From NCBI RefSeq assembly GCF_004010195.1, contig NC_057724.1, forward strand, positions 31,944,268 through 32,008,267: 64,000 nucleotides of DNA, given 5' to 3'. Source of the stretch: Chiloscyllium plagiosum. Its lineage: Eukaryota. A program made the position numbers and the translations under genes. Under the pieces are notes generated by a model. That model did no database searches and was not told the origin of the DNA. It saw nothing but the letters and a program-made list of their open reading frames with translations. This document shows positions 24,671-36,727 of this stretch, piece after piece (positions within the stretch are counted from its first letter, which is position 1; each line of letters opens with the position of its first letter).

Positions 24671-27249
24671 CCTCCAATTAGCAGATTTGGAAACAGCTAA
24701 CGAGAGAGAATTAAAGCTCCCGTTGCAGGTTAATTGTCCAGTTTCTGTTCTCATGAACTTTCTTTGAAGTGATAACTCTCCACCAATGCTACCTGACTTG
24801 CAGATATTTCCAACATTTTATCTGTTAATGGTTGATTGACTTTGTTGATTCACTCCAACTGGCACATTTACAGTTTTGTTCTTAGAAAGAACAAAGATGT
24901 AGTGTGTAAATAATTCAGGATACTGAAGTATAAATATGACAACTCCCAGTGACTAAGCACTTGGCACTGGATCCACGAATTTCGTTTTACTTTTTAGGTT
25001 CTCAATTGATTACATATTACATCTCCTTATTGCTCCAAATGAATTTTTATGCTACATTTACTGGATAGTACCACAATCAATTGCAATTTTGAAGTGGTTA
25101 GCATGTCACAAGGTGAATGAGCTGACCCTGTTACTTCAGAAAGCTCTAAGATATTCCCAAAGAGGTGAATTTTTCTCATTATTCTGGAGTCAATCAGGAT
25201 TGTATTGTACTGACATTGTTGGAAGCAGTCTTTATTTGTTCTGATTTATTTGAAGGTAGAGTACAATGATTCTGTAAAGAAAATGTTAATTTAAACTCCT
25301 CTTTGGCCATTATATTGAACATTGTGGCCAGAATTAAAAGCTTTACCATAAGCCCTGCCGAAGACCCCAACTAATGGGAGACTTTTAGATATAAAATTTT
25401 TAAAAAGCACTCCCTGGCTTTCATATACAAACTGTCTCTATGACAGTAGGCTGTGTTGCGCACACATTTCCAATCTAACAGAGGCAGGGCACTTTGTTAA
25501 AATCACTCTGCACAGCTTGGTTGGAAGCCTGATTTTAATTTAATAGCTGCTGGACTGTGTTTTCCAGGGCTTTAGTAACCTGCCAATGATATGGTGATGA
25601 GATAGCACTTTTAGTTATCCTTAAAGCATATTCTATAAGGAGTGCTCAACCTTTCACCCCAGAATGAATACTTACAATTATAGTTGACAGTTCTTCTCCT
25701 TCACTACACATGATCTTGGTGTCTCTATCGTTCTCCATTCCTTCTGACGACTTCCACCACCCATGCTGGGAACTGTACAAGTTTGTCCTCCGTTGTAGCC
25801 TCCTGTATTGCTTGCTTTCCAATCACACTCAGTCCCACTGACTGCCAGGCAACTGGAGAGGCAAATAACAATGAGGCCCTGTTACCAAGAGTGATGTTGC
25901 CTCCTATTGCTGGCCTCTCTTTATTTCCCCTCCTTAACTACACTTCCAGTAAATATTGAGGCTAAATCCACAACCTGTGACTGTACAAAAATTCACAAAC
26001 GATATTTTTGAGAGGTTCTTGGCTGAGTGGCAGGTTGTTAGGATTTGAAAACAGCTCCACAAACCAATGTACAATGGCCGTTTAATTAATAAGTCCTCCA
26101 AGTATCTAGTTATGAGCTCATAAGACAACTGTTTTGCATGTGCAATGTTTTCACTGAATTGATTGTTAAATGCAATGAGTACCTGATGGTTAAGGTCACA
26201 CGAATATGGTAAGCTAGGAAGTACATCATGCCAGGAGACAAATTAGAATAACATTTAATTTCTAGTGGAACATTCTACTTTCCATACAAAAAAACTTGTG
26301 CAAGCATTATCTTTTATACTGAGTTATCCAAGTTACCCAGTGTGTTATACCTAACATATTTCTCACAGCTGTTTGTCAGTCTCTGTGGTCTGTACATATG
26401 GTTTGCACATACAAATTGTGCCAGTCTCTTAACTGTATGCATTGTCACTCATTGCCCATCTGGGTGATGTTCCTTTTCCAGGGAGTGTTGTATTTGATAT
26501 CAAAGTAACTGTTCTATTTTCATTGTTGAGGTGCTGTGGACCTGTGGGACTAATGACTCTTATTTCTTTTTACAATATGCTATCTTGAGTTGTAAATTAA
26601 TCTCTGTATGCCAATACACATTTGTGAGCATGAGTGTCCTTGCTGCTTTCAGGCCATCCTTTCATCAATACTCTCCCAACACTTGGAGAGTTGTCTGTGA
26701 TTGTTTAGTTTGCTTGATTTTAGCAAGGTATTTCTCTGTTCATTTCAACGTCTCTGTTGAGTGGTTGTTTCAGAATACGCAGACTGCTGCTTCACCTTGG
26801 ATCTGGAAGATTTCACACTCTGACATAGCATCCTTTACTTTCTTCATGAGACAGCATGCCAGTGATCTATCTATTTCCCTTACTTGTACATCACACCTAG
26901 ATAATAGCTCTAGTAACTATAATATCTTTTTTTTTGTAAATGCTTTAGAGCAGATAGTGTGGAGAAAATGCTTTGAAGTAGCTTGTGGTCAAACATGACT
27001 GCAAATTCCAAGTAAGTATTGATAAAAATGTTCACAAGCAAAGACAGTGGCCAGTCACTCATTGTTGATCTGAGTGTAGCATCAGTTACTTGCATGGTTG
27101 CTCTGGATGCAATTATAGATTGTGTCCTTGCAGGATTCGTGTGGTTCCAAATCTTAGCTCCTTACAGGGTAACTTGTTCATTTACATCAGAGCATAGCAG
27201 CACTGGCATTGTTATTGGAAGTTTCTTGAATTTAATGAATGTTGCTTTT

Positions 27250-27900
27250 TATAGAACATTACAGTGCAGTACAGGCCCTTCGGCCCTCGATGTTGCGCTG
27301 ACCTGTGAAACTATGCTGAAATCCATCTAAATTACCCCATTCCATTATCAATCATATGTTTATCTAATGACTATTCAAATGCCCTTAAAGTTGGAGTGTC
27401 TACTATTGTTGCAGGCAGGGCATTCCAGACCCCTATTACTCTGAGTAAAGAAACTATCTCTCACATCTGTCCTATTTCTGTCCTTCCTATAATGCAGTGA
27501 CCAGAACTGGGAGTGCGCCTACACCAGAGTTTTGTTCAGCAGCAACATGACCTCATGGTTCTCAAACTCACTCCCTCTACCAATAATAGCTAACACACCA
27601 TATGCCTGGATGTACGTTTGCTCATTGAGCTGGAAGGTTTATTTCCAGGCGTTTCACCACTCTACTAGGTAACATCTTAAGTGGGGTTCAGAAGAAGCAC
27701 GGCTGATAAGTCCTGCTTTCTATTTTTGTTTGGGTTTCTTTGGGTTGGTGATGTCATTTCCTGTGGTGAAGTCACTTCCTGTTCTTTTTCTTGGGGGTGG
27801 TAAATGGGGTCTAACTCTATGTATTTGTTGGGTTGCACCCTCATCCAGGTCATTTATAAAGATGACAAACAGCAGTGGCCCCAAAACACTTTTTTGTGGT
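27250..27900 (-). mobile_element. CR1 fragment inserted in the Gypsy relic and itself split by a Penelope fragment
   Basis: Tail atagaacattacagtgcagtacaggcccttcggccc and RT piece VPQKSVLGPLLFVIFINDLDEG (27900-27835). Confidence 0.8.
27607..27830 (-). mobile_element. Penelope family-P1 3' fragment with decayed hammerhead
   Basis: Collinear with 61045-61250 and 32121-32203; the core reads CUUAAGA instead of CUGAAGA. Confidence 0.8.
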
Positions 27901-28124
27901 ACAGCTTCTTCTATTCTGTCTGCATCCTTAAACAAGCAGATCATCTACTAGAACTTCTGAAACAATCATGGAAAATCTTATGTTGTTTGCAGCCATGGAA
28001 ATGCCAAATGGCATGTGCAACCAGCTGTATCTCCCAAGGTATCAAGAACATAGTTAGAAAGTCATTGTTTTTATCCATCTTGCCAGTAACCATCCTTAGT
28101 ATCTAGAATTAATGTACGTAAGGA

Positions 28125-28280
28125 CATAACGAATACGGGCAGGAATAGGCCATCTGGCCAATTGAGCCAGCTCCACCATTCAATAAGGTCACGGCTAATC
28201 TTTCCGTGGACTGAGCTCCGCTTACCCGTCTGCTCACCACAGCCCTTAATTTCTTTACTGTTCAAAAATCTACATATCTT
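28125..28280 (-). mobile_element. CR1 3' tail (second subfamily) inserted in the Gypsy RT
   Basis: cataacgaatacgggcaggaataggccatctggcca..ccaccattcaataaggtcacggctaatc is the reverse complement of the tail type seen at 44900-44998. Confidence 0.7.
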
Positions 28281-28637
28281 TGCCATAAATGACGATTTCT
28301 GCCTTTGGAAATTGTGGCAAAATTCCTTCAATGGTGGGCATGGGGTAGTGAGAGAATTTCAGAGCTTTAGTTGTATTGTTTTTGATTAATACTCTTAGCT
28401 GTCCAGGTTATTTCAATGCTACTACACTGTCAATCCATTCTGTAGTTGTCTCTTTCTTGATTACTCCCTTCTTTTCCAGCTCTTCTATCTTGCCTTTCAA
28501 ACTGACTTTGAGGGCAGCTGAAACTTTCTTAAGCAGTTGCTGAATTGCCTTTGCATTCTCATCAATGTTGAAATGATATATGCCAGGGGACCATCCTATA
28601 CCCATAAACATATTGCTGTACTACTCTTGGATCTGAT

Positions 28638-28761
28638 TAAAACAAAAACTGCAAATGCTGGAATCTAAAGTAGACTGAAAGGAGGCTGGAAAAACACAGC
28701 AAGCCAGGCAGTATCAGAAGTGCAGAAGTCGACGTTTCAGGTGTAACCCTTCTTCAGGACT
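28638..28761 (-). mobile_element. Solo Penelope pLTR (family N variant) with hammerhead motif at 28727-28761
   Basis: Reverse complement AGUC-CUGAAGA-A-GGGU/UAC/ACCU-GAAA-CGUC-GACU: 4 bp stem I and a different stem II sequence. Confidence 0.75.
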
Positions 28762-29611
28762 CTACGATCTGGCCTGTGATCAAATAGTTCAGTCACTGCA
28801 GGTCATTTCAAATCTCTTTTGGTATGTTGAGGTTAATAATTGATTTGCTTTGGCTAAGATGAGTGGCATTTGTTTATCATCTATAGTCTGGAACTCCAGA
28901 TCTTTGTTCTTGTCTTTGCATTGGGCTCTAAGTAAGCTGAGTGTGGTGTCATCATATAACCTTAACTGTAATTCTGAGGGCTTCATTTGGAGTGCCATTT
29001 TGAACCACTTCATACAGGTCATGGTACACTTTAATTTGATGTGTTCTTTCTGTAGTCATTTCTTCCAACTACCATAAACCATTTATCACCTATTGAACTG
29101 ACTGAACCAATTTGTTGAATGATCTAGAGAGAGATTCCCTTCAAATCCTCTCTATTCCTTCTGTCTCTTGCCCTGAATTTAAAACTCTCGATACAGTATT
29201 GGATTTCTTAATTGAGGGAATATCTTGTACTTTTCCTATTCACACTGTTTAAAACTTTCATAATTTCTGTATTTCAGAATTAGATCTCCTCTGTTCCAAA
29301 GAGCAAAACATATTCCTAGCCTATCCAATCTTTCCTCATAACTTTTATTCTTTGATCCAGGCAAAATTCTCAGAAACCTCTTTTCCACCCTCTCTAATGT
29401 AATCCTACCTTTCATATAGTGCAGTGAGCTGACTGCATGCTATACTGCCCTGTGGCTGAACTAGTTTTTTTATATACACAATTCCCACATAACTTCCTAA
29501 CTTTTCTATTCTGTATCTTGGCTAATACAGTATCCCATAAACCTCCTTGATCACTTATTAATCTGTCTAGCCACCTTCAGTGATCTGAGGACTCAAACTT
29601 CCTCTGTTTCT

Positions 29612-29830
29612 CATGATTTGGAGGTGCCAGTGTTGGATTGGGTGCAGAAAATGTGTTGCTGGAAAAGCGCAGCAGGTTAGGCAACATCCAAGGAGCAGGA
29701 GAATCGACGTTTCAGGCATGAGCCCTTCTTCAGGAATGGATTGGATGCACGAAGTTAAAAATCAACACCAGGTTATAGTCCAACAGGTTATTTGGAAGCA
29801 CTAGCTTTCGGAGCGCCGCACCTACAGCAG
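29612..29830 (-). mobile_element. Penelope-type pLTR (another family, decayed hammerhead ..ggcgctccgaaagct) hosting a family-N insert
   Basis: atgatttggaggtgccagtgttggattgg..aagttaaaaatcaacaccaggttatagtccaacagg..ctagctttcggagc. The GAAAG half of the core is kept; the CUGA half is lost. Confidence 0.55.
29647..29736 (-). mobile_element. Solo, tail-less family-N arm with hammerhead motif
   Basis: 13 bp TSD tggattggRtgca (29634-29646 / 29737-29749). Reverse complement starts ttcctgaagaagggctcatgcctgaaacgtcg. Confidence 0.85.
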
Positions 29831-30437
29831 CCCAACTTGCCTTCTCCAAATGCCATGTCACATTTCTCCAGATTGAATTCCATTCGATACCTGACTGGAC
29901 CATTAATAACTTGCTGTTCGCTACAGTTTTCTTCTTCACTATCAACCACATGATTTTTTTTCTTTTGTAAGCAAACTTCTTAATCATGCATCCTTCTATT
30001 CAAGTCCAGATTATGGATATAGAGATCTCACACTGAGCCCTATGAAACCCCCTCAGGAAGTCGTCTTTCAGTCACAAAAGTTGAAACTTACCCTGGGTTT
30101 CCTGCCTCTGAGCTAATTTTGGGTCCAACTTGTCAATTTGACTTGGACCTCTGAGCAGTCTGCTAAGTAAATAATGTTAAAATTCAGATAAACATTTTAT
30201 AATCCCTGTAGGGACTGATGTTTGAAAAGAGATTGAATTTGTGATAACTGGAGCAAAATGATCATGCAACAAAATTTCATCTTTTTAAGATTTTTAAGCA
30301 TCAAACTAAAATCATTGACTCAACATTTTTTAGACAACTAATAAGATAAACTATAAAAAGATATCACCATTAAATTTTGAATATGACTGACAATTTTGTG
30401 CGTACTTATGGATTTCACCACACTCAGCAGAACTTAA

Positions 30438-30757
30438 GGAAGCAATGGCCGAATGGTATTGTTATTAGATTATCAACCCAGAGACCCAGGCAATGTTCTG
30501 GGGACCTGGGTTCAAATCCCACTAGGGTTGATGGTAGAATTTGAATTCAATAAAAAAAACCTGGAAGTAAGAGGCGAATTATGGGCATGAATCCATTGCC
30601 AATTGTTGGGGGAAAAACACATCTGGTTTACTCATGTCTTTTAGGTAAGGAAACTGTTGTCCTTACCTGATCTGGCCTACATGTGACTCCAGACTCTGGA
30701 CAATAAATAATTGGTGCAGTGATGCCCACATTCAATAATTGAATTAAATAAAAAAAG
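30438..30757 (+). mobile_element. tRNA-derived SINE with a LINE-like 3' end; related pieces at ~10850-10970 (-) and 53905-54115 (-)
   Basis: A-box tggccgaatggta, B-box gggttcaaatccc. The 3' end caataaa..gatgcccacat matches the LINE ends at 49240-49290 and 40960-41000. Confidence 0.75.
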
Positions 30758-32081
30758 CTGTGGTCCTTACAAAAAACAATCCAAGCCACTCCCAGCTTTT
30801 AAAACCCTCATTTCTCCCCATCTTGCATTCCAAATAGAGGTAGATAATGTTTTGTTCAACAAAAGTATTAAGGATATGGAGTTAGACCATAAATTAGCCA
30901 TGTTGTCATTGAATGATGGAACAGGCTGTAGAAGCCGAATGGCCACCTTCTGTTTCCATGTTCCTATTTTGCTATATCATCACAACCAGTGTCCATCAAA
31001 AGTACATTCAGCTTTCAACTATTTGAGAAACAATTTGGAGCCACGAAACTCACTGCAATGATACTATTTTCTTTCTGGCCAGGCCAGAATCTTCTGATGT
31101 CTTTAAATCTTCACAGCTCTTGCCTTTTGAATCACTAGGTTCACACTAATGTTTTGACTGGTGGCTGTCAGGAAACTTCCTGTACCTTCTGTCATTCACA
31201 ACACTTGCTGTCCTTCTGTTTGTTTTTCTGCCTATCTGTGTGTGTCCGTCCAGGACACACTGTTCCCCCTCTCTGTCTTGCATTTCTGAGTCAGTAATTC
31301 TGTAATGCAGGTCAGCTGTATTTACCTTTGTGTTCGGATGTTAAACCCAGCACCTGATTTTCAATAAAACTTAATCTGGCCCATGTTCCCCATGGTAACC
31401 AGATCATATTTGCTTGTTGCTATTGCAGAACTAAAGGAGACAGTTTAAAACACACATATCTTTAAACTCTCATTTCTAACAACTGTTTTGAATGCACTAC
31501 CCTCTTCAACCCTCTTCTGTACCTCTTGAAAAATTCAATGACGTGACACAGGCATGATCACCCCCTTAAATCAATTTTATTCTGTCCCTTCTAATTTTGT
31601 CCTGAATTAGAATTAAGATAAAGAAGAAAACAAGTGCTTGTGGGAGGTATTGGGTAGAAAATACAATCAAGAACCAAAAATGAGGTAAAAAAACAAATAA
31701 AAGAAGAATTATGGAAAAAATGACTGGCAGCTAAGATAAAGGAGAATCCCAAAGTCTTCTACAGGCACTTAAATAATAAAAGGGCTCTTACAAATAAGAC
31801 TAGGGCCAAATAGGGATTTCCAAATGAGAGTATGGGAAGGTGGATGGCTGGGGTATTAAATAAATATTTTGCGTCTGTCTTTCCCAGAGAAACTCTAAAC
31901 CTAACTCAGGCAATAAAGGAAACTCAGTCACTATGAGGATTCGTAAGGATAATGGATAAGCCGTTGGTACTTAAAATTGACAGAACACTAGAACAGATAT
32001 GATGCATCCAAGAACATTTAAGGAAATAAGATTGGAAATTTCAGAAGCACTGATCCTTGTCTTTTAATATTTGGGAGTGGT

Positions 32082-32307
32082 AGTGAGTTTTGAGATGATT
32101 TGTAGCTCAGGTTGAGGTTTTGGATGTAGGTTTGCCCGCTGAGCGGGAAGGTTTATTTCCAGACGTTTCGTCACCGTACTAGGTAACATCTTCAGTGGGC
32201 CTCCAGATGAAGCACTTCGCCCAGAGGCCCACTGAAGATGTTATCTAGTGGGGTGACGAAACGTCCGGAAATGAACCTTCCAGCTCAGAGAGCAAATCTA
32301 CATCCAG
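32082..32307. mobile_element. Palindromic Penelope mini-element, family P1, with hammerhead motifs on both strands
   Basis: 83 bp inverted arms (32121-32203 / 32224-32306) with a 39 nt tail on the left arm only. Perfect 13 bp TSD atttgggagtggt (32069-32081 / 32308-32320). Confidence 0.9.
32159..32198 (-). ncRNA. Minimal hammerhead ribozyme motif, family P1 (intact; activity untested)
   Basis: CCA-CUGAAGA-U-GUUACC/UAGUAC/GGUGAC-GAAA-CGUC-UGG: 3 bp stem I, 6 bp stem II. A sister motif lies on + at 32229-32268. Confidence 0.75.
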
Positions 32308-32363
32308 ATTTGGGAGTGGTGCCATAGGACTGAAGAGTCACAAATGTTACAATTTTGCTTGTA

Positions 32364-32700
32364 CGGATAGACAACCCTTTATCCGAAATCTGAAAAACAC
32401 TGAAGTCTGAAGGTTTTTTTGTGATGTTTTTTTCTTATTAACAAGGTTGTTTGGCAAACAGTTAACCCAAGTCGACACCCACTCGATGTATGTCACTCAG
32501 ATACGACCTGGGAGAGTTGTGGACCAGCACTGGCAGGCCTCAATTCTATCTCAAGACCCATTTTACTCAGTGAGTTTGCTCCTCCAATAAGTTTTTTTAA
32601 AGTTTCACCATCAAATTGTCACTTATTCTGAAATTTGAAAAATTTTGAATTCTGAAAACCAGCTGGTCCCGAGCATTTTGGATAAAGGATTGTGCACCTG
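32364..32700. mobile_element. Tigger/pogo-like MITE (terminus resembles Tigger4/Zombi)
   Basis: ~26 bp imperfect TIRs cggatagacaaccctttatccgaaat / attttggataaaggattgtgcacctg, with TA on both flanks. Confidence 0.8.
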
Positions 32701-34726
32701 TACAAGGATGTAAGGATTAACCAGTCATTTAACATCTGTGGAGAAACCTCTGCAAACAATGGCTCAGATATTCTGATGGCCAGAGCATCTTTGGAACAGC
32801 ACAGTCTGGAGTTGTACTTTGGGACCATGCAGAATCCTGGATGTAGCTGACACCATGAGAGTTGCCTGGGGCAATTGAGTTTTCCATACGTAACTCCCCT
32901 ACACTGAGAACCCTCCGAACGTGTCCAGTAAAGATGGGACATTATAGAGGGTTCAATTTCAGTTAAGCTAATTGTTGACCAGAAAAAGTTAAAATTCAGA
33001 AACCTACACTACCTCCTGCAAACAATTATAAGCTACCCCACCCCGACTCACCACTGACAATCCCACCCCTGCCAAGTGACTCGCAGTGTGTGACTTCACA
33101 AGTGAGTGGTTTGGGTTTGGAATGTGTTATCTGGGATCATGGTAGAATCAGGTATAATTAGGAGCTCAAGAAGGCATTAAGTGATTACTTAAATAGAAAT
33201 AACATGCAGTGGTATGGAGAAAGTGCCATTCTCCCACTCTAAGTCATGATGCTCACTTAGAACATGGGTGCAGTCATGATGGGCTGAATGTCCTCCTTCC
33301 ACAGCGACACTGATTTTCCTGATGAAATTAGGATGACTGGTCTTTAATTACTCAATTTATCTCTTTCTCCCTTGCTTAAACAATTGTACAAGTATGCTGT
33401 CCTCCAGCTCCAGTCCTCTGGCACAATGCCTACTGCTAGAGAAAATTGGAAAGAGTTATTATTTAACTTATTTTTGTGTGCGTCAGCTTTATGTTAAGCC
33501 AATAAGCTTTTGGATTAGCTTTTCTGAAATATGCCATTTTCTTTTGAGAGCATAATTGCATTGTGTTCTTCTGCAAATTGTAACATGTCTGAAAAAATTA
33601 CAAGTAAAGAGAAATGTACAGCACAGATTGTGATTGCAATGATACAAGTTAATACGGGATTTGAACCCATGCTGTTGGCATCACTTTGCATTGTAAACCA
33701 GCAATTCAGCCATCCTAGCTAAGCTTCTATCTTCTCAACCTCATCATCTGAGGTATGGTGACACTTTTTTTAATTAACCAATTTTTCAAAATAACCTGTT
33801 CAGAGATGTTACTACACAACTGGGTGAGCCTTGAACCTAGGCCTCCTTTTTCAGGAGTAGGGTCATTACCACTGCACCAAGACGGCTCCTTAGGTTAAAC
33901 CACCAGCAGACGTCCCTTTCTAATGAGAGAGCAAAATTAAGGCCCTCTGGTACTATGGCAGCTTTACCTTTATAAGTTAGTGTACACAGAAGGTTGGCAT
34001 TACTTTGGCTGTTCTATTTTTTATCAGTCATGTAGACGAATCAGATGAAAAAACTAATTGCCAATGTGGATCTCAGTTGATAGAAACCTTGAATTAGTCA
34101 GGGCTCAGGAGAAGCAAAACATCTCCATTTCCTCCTCTTGATTGCTAACTAATCAATCCTGCTGAAGAGTTCATGTGTGATCTAACAGAACTGTTTTATC
34201 TCGAGCTGTCCAAGTGAATGGCTTGTTAAAACTGTGTGCTTCCTTGCTTAAGCACCTCAGACATTACCATCCAGAGTGGTTTCATGCTGAGTTCCTGGAT
34301 GCCATCTAAAGCAGGTGACATTCTTCTTTAGGTAACGATGATATGATTGCGCATTGACTCAACTTTAACTCAAACAATCTGAGGAAGCGGTTGAAGATTC
34401 TCCTCCAGGCTGTAAATATTTTGTAACTTCCAAGAAGTTGAACAGACCAAAACAGGAAAATGTTCCTACTTCCCTCGCTGGGGCCAGGAGGAGCATCATG
34501 TTCTGAAGGAAAGTCCGAACAGATATGAAATGTTAACTATTTTCTCTCCACGGATGCTACCAATCCCTCCAGCATTCTGTTTTTATGTCTGATGTCCAGC
34601 ATTCTGTGTTTTGATTTTATTTATGTGCATTTCCAGTGCTACCAAAAACATCTTAAATCTCCACTGCCCTGGATTCTCCCCCTTCCCCTCTTTTCTTCCA
34701 ATGGAATTTCAAGACTAAGGGGCACA

Positions 34727-35851
34727 CCATGTGAGACTGATTAGCAAGGTTAGATCTCACGGAATAAAGGGAGAACTGGCCATTTGGAGACAGAACTGGC
34801 TGAAAGATAGAAGACAGAGGGTGGTGGTGGAGGGTTGTTTTTCAGACTGGAGGCCTGTGACCAGTGGAATGTCACAAGGATTGGTGCTGGGTCCTCTACT
34901 TTTTGTCATTTACATAAGTGATTTGGATGCTGGCATAAGAGGTACAGTTAGTAAGTTTGCAAATGCCACCAAAATTGGAGGTATACTGGACAGCAAAGAA
35001 GGTTACCTCAGAGTACAACAGGATCTGGACGAGATGGGCCAATGGGCAGAGAAGTGGCAGATTGAGTTTAATTCAGATAAATGCGAGGAGCTGCATTTTG
35101 GGAAAGCAAATCTTAGCAGGACTTATACACTTAATGGTAAGGTCCTAGGGAGTGTTGCTGAACAAAGAGACCTTGGAGTGCAGATTCATAGCTCCTTGAA
35201 AGTGGAGTCGCAGGTAGATAGGATAGTGAAGAAGGCGTTTGATATGCTTTCTTTTAGTGGTCAGAGTATTGAGTACAGGAATTGAAATGTCATGTGTGGC
35301 TGTACAGGACATTCGTTAGGCCACTGTTGGAACATTGTGTGCAATTCTGGTCTCCTTCTATCAGAAAGATGTTGTGAAACTTGAAAGGGTTCAGAAAAGA
35401 TTTACAAGGATGTTGCCAGGGTTGGAGGATTTGAGCTAATAGGGAGAGGCTGAACAGGCTGGGGCTGTTTTCCCTGGAGTGTCGGAGGCTGAGGGGTGAC
35501 CTTATAATTTTGTAAACCTCTATAAATAGACCAAGTCTTTTCCCCGGAGTCGGGGAGTCCAGAACTAGAGGGCATAGGTTTAGGGTGAGGGGAAAGATAT
35601 AAAAGAGACCTAAGGGGCAACTTTTTCACGCAGAGGGTGGTACGTGTATGGAATGAGCTGCCAGAGGAAGTGGTGGAGGCTGGTACAATTGCAACATTTT
35701 AAAAGGCATCTGGATGGGTATATGAATAGGAAGGGTTTGGAGGGATATGGGCCGGGTGCTGGCAGGTGGGACTAGGTTGGGTTGTGATATCTGGTCGGCG
35801 TGGACGGGTTGGACCGAAGGTCTGTTTCCATGCTGTACATCTCTGACTCTA
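34727..35851 (+). mobile_element. 5'-truncated CR1 LINE (RT C-terminal half and 3' UTR), disrupted
   Basis: RLISKVRSHGIKG..WRPVTSGMSQGLVLGPLLFVIYI..SKFANATKIG; stop at 35283; tail ctctgactctat. Confidence 0.95.
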
Positions 35852-36460
35852 TTTTATTGTCACGTATACTCTCGTACAGGAGTTCAGTAAAAAATGGTAT
35901 AATGCTGCCACACGTGGTGCCATCTTAGATACCAAGGTACTTAAGTATATAACAACCTAGGTACAAAGTAGTTAGAGAATGCAAGTTAAAAAGTTAAGCA
36001 TCATTTTTCTACTATTCTATGAAGTAAAGAAATAGGTAATGCAGTTTACAATAACATATTTTGTAGTTTAAACTAGGAAAGTCAAGGAATAAGTTAAAAG
36101 TTGAACTGTCTTTGATGAGCCCACCACTTATCTCACTCTGCTGTCTGTTCTTGTTGTCGCCACCACAGATACGGTTGGTGCTGCTGAAGCTGCCGGCTCC
36201 CCTGGTGACCTAGGAACTTGCCTAGGTAGGGTCGACTCACGCTCAGCTGAAACACCCCCAAGAGTTGTGGGGAAACCAGGCTGAGATCTGCCACAAGCCT
36301 CTGAGAGACCAGGCAGAGACCTGTGACCTGCGACGAACCACCGAGAGACCAGGCCAAAACTTGCCAAGAAACCAAAGGGGGAAAAGAACAAAAACAAAGA
36401 GAAGGATCAGAAGGAGCGGGGGAGCTCCATTTGGAGAGTCCTCCTCTGCTGCCATCTTGA
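35852..36460 (-). mobile_element. ~610 bp non-coding element with a LINE-like start (CAAGATGGC) and an AATAAA end
   Basis: Minus strand begins tcaagatggcagcagagg (YY1-type motif), has a GC-richer 5' half and AT-rich 3' half, and ends gtgacaataaa. Its 3' end is shared with 22102-22260. Confidence 0.5.
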
Positions 36461-36469
36461 CCAGTGAGA

Positions 36470-36727
36470 GGAGAGAAATTTAAAAAGAGACATGAGGGAC
36501 AAATCTTTTTACACCGAGGGTGGTTCGCGTGTGGAATGATCTTTCTGAGAAAATGGTCAATGTGGGCCAAATTACAACATTTAAAAGAGACTTGGATAAG
36601 TACATGAATGGAAAAGGCTTGGAGGGATATGGGCCAGGAGCAGACAGGTGGGGAAAGTTTAGTTTGGGATTATGTTCAGCATGGACTTGTTGGACCAAAG
36701 GTCCCATTTCCATGCTGTATGACTCTG
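36470..36727 (+). mobile_element. CR1 3' tail fragment
   Basis: RVVRVWNDL..FKRDLDKYMNGKGLEGYGP; tail ccatgctgtatgactct. Confidence 0.9.

Larger units (their letters stand above)
26300..29030 (-). mobile_element. Degenerate Ty3/Gypsy LTR-retrotransposon pol relic (protease end - RT - RNase H), interrupted by younger elements
   Basis: Minus-strand motifs in Gypsy order: MKPSELQLRLYD..LEFQTID (29000-28850); FMGIG..PGIYHFNIDENAK..GVIKK..EWIDSVV (28611-28410); LDTKDGYWQ (~28110-28080); WLHMPFGIS (~28020-27995); VDDLLV (~27949-27932); LATVFACEHFYQYLLG..DHKLLQSIF (27055-26960). Many stops and frameshifts; no LTR found. Confidence 0.8.
29130..30150 (-). mobile_element. Old degenerate CR1 interrupted by Penelope-derived inserts at 29612-29830
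   Basis: Antisense motifs ctctgttccaaagag..cctagcctatccaatctttcctcataac and cactgagccctatgaaacccc. Confidence 0.55.
31690..32350 (+). mobile_element. Old CR1 ORF2 fragment split by the 32082-32307 insert
   Basis: IKENPKVFY..; GVVP.D..VTNVT resumes immediately after the insert. Confidence 0.7.

Noticed and set aside
26531-27330. 155 aa and 103 aa plus-strand ORFs
   Set aside because: Antisense to the Gypsy RNase H relic; no recognisable domain.
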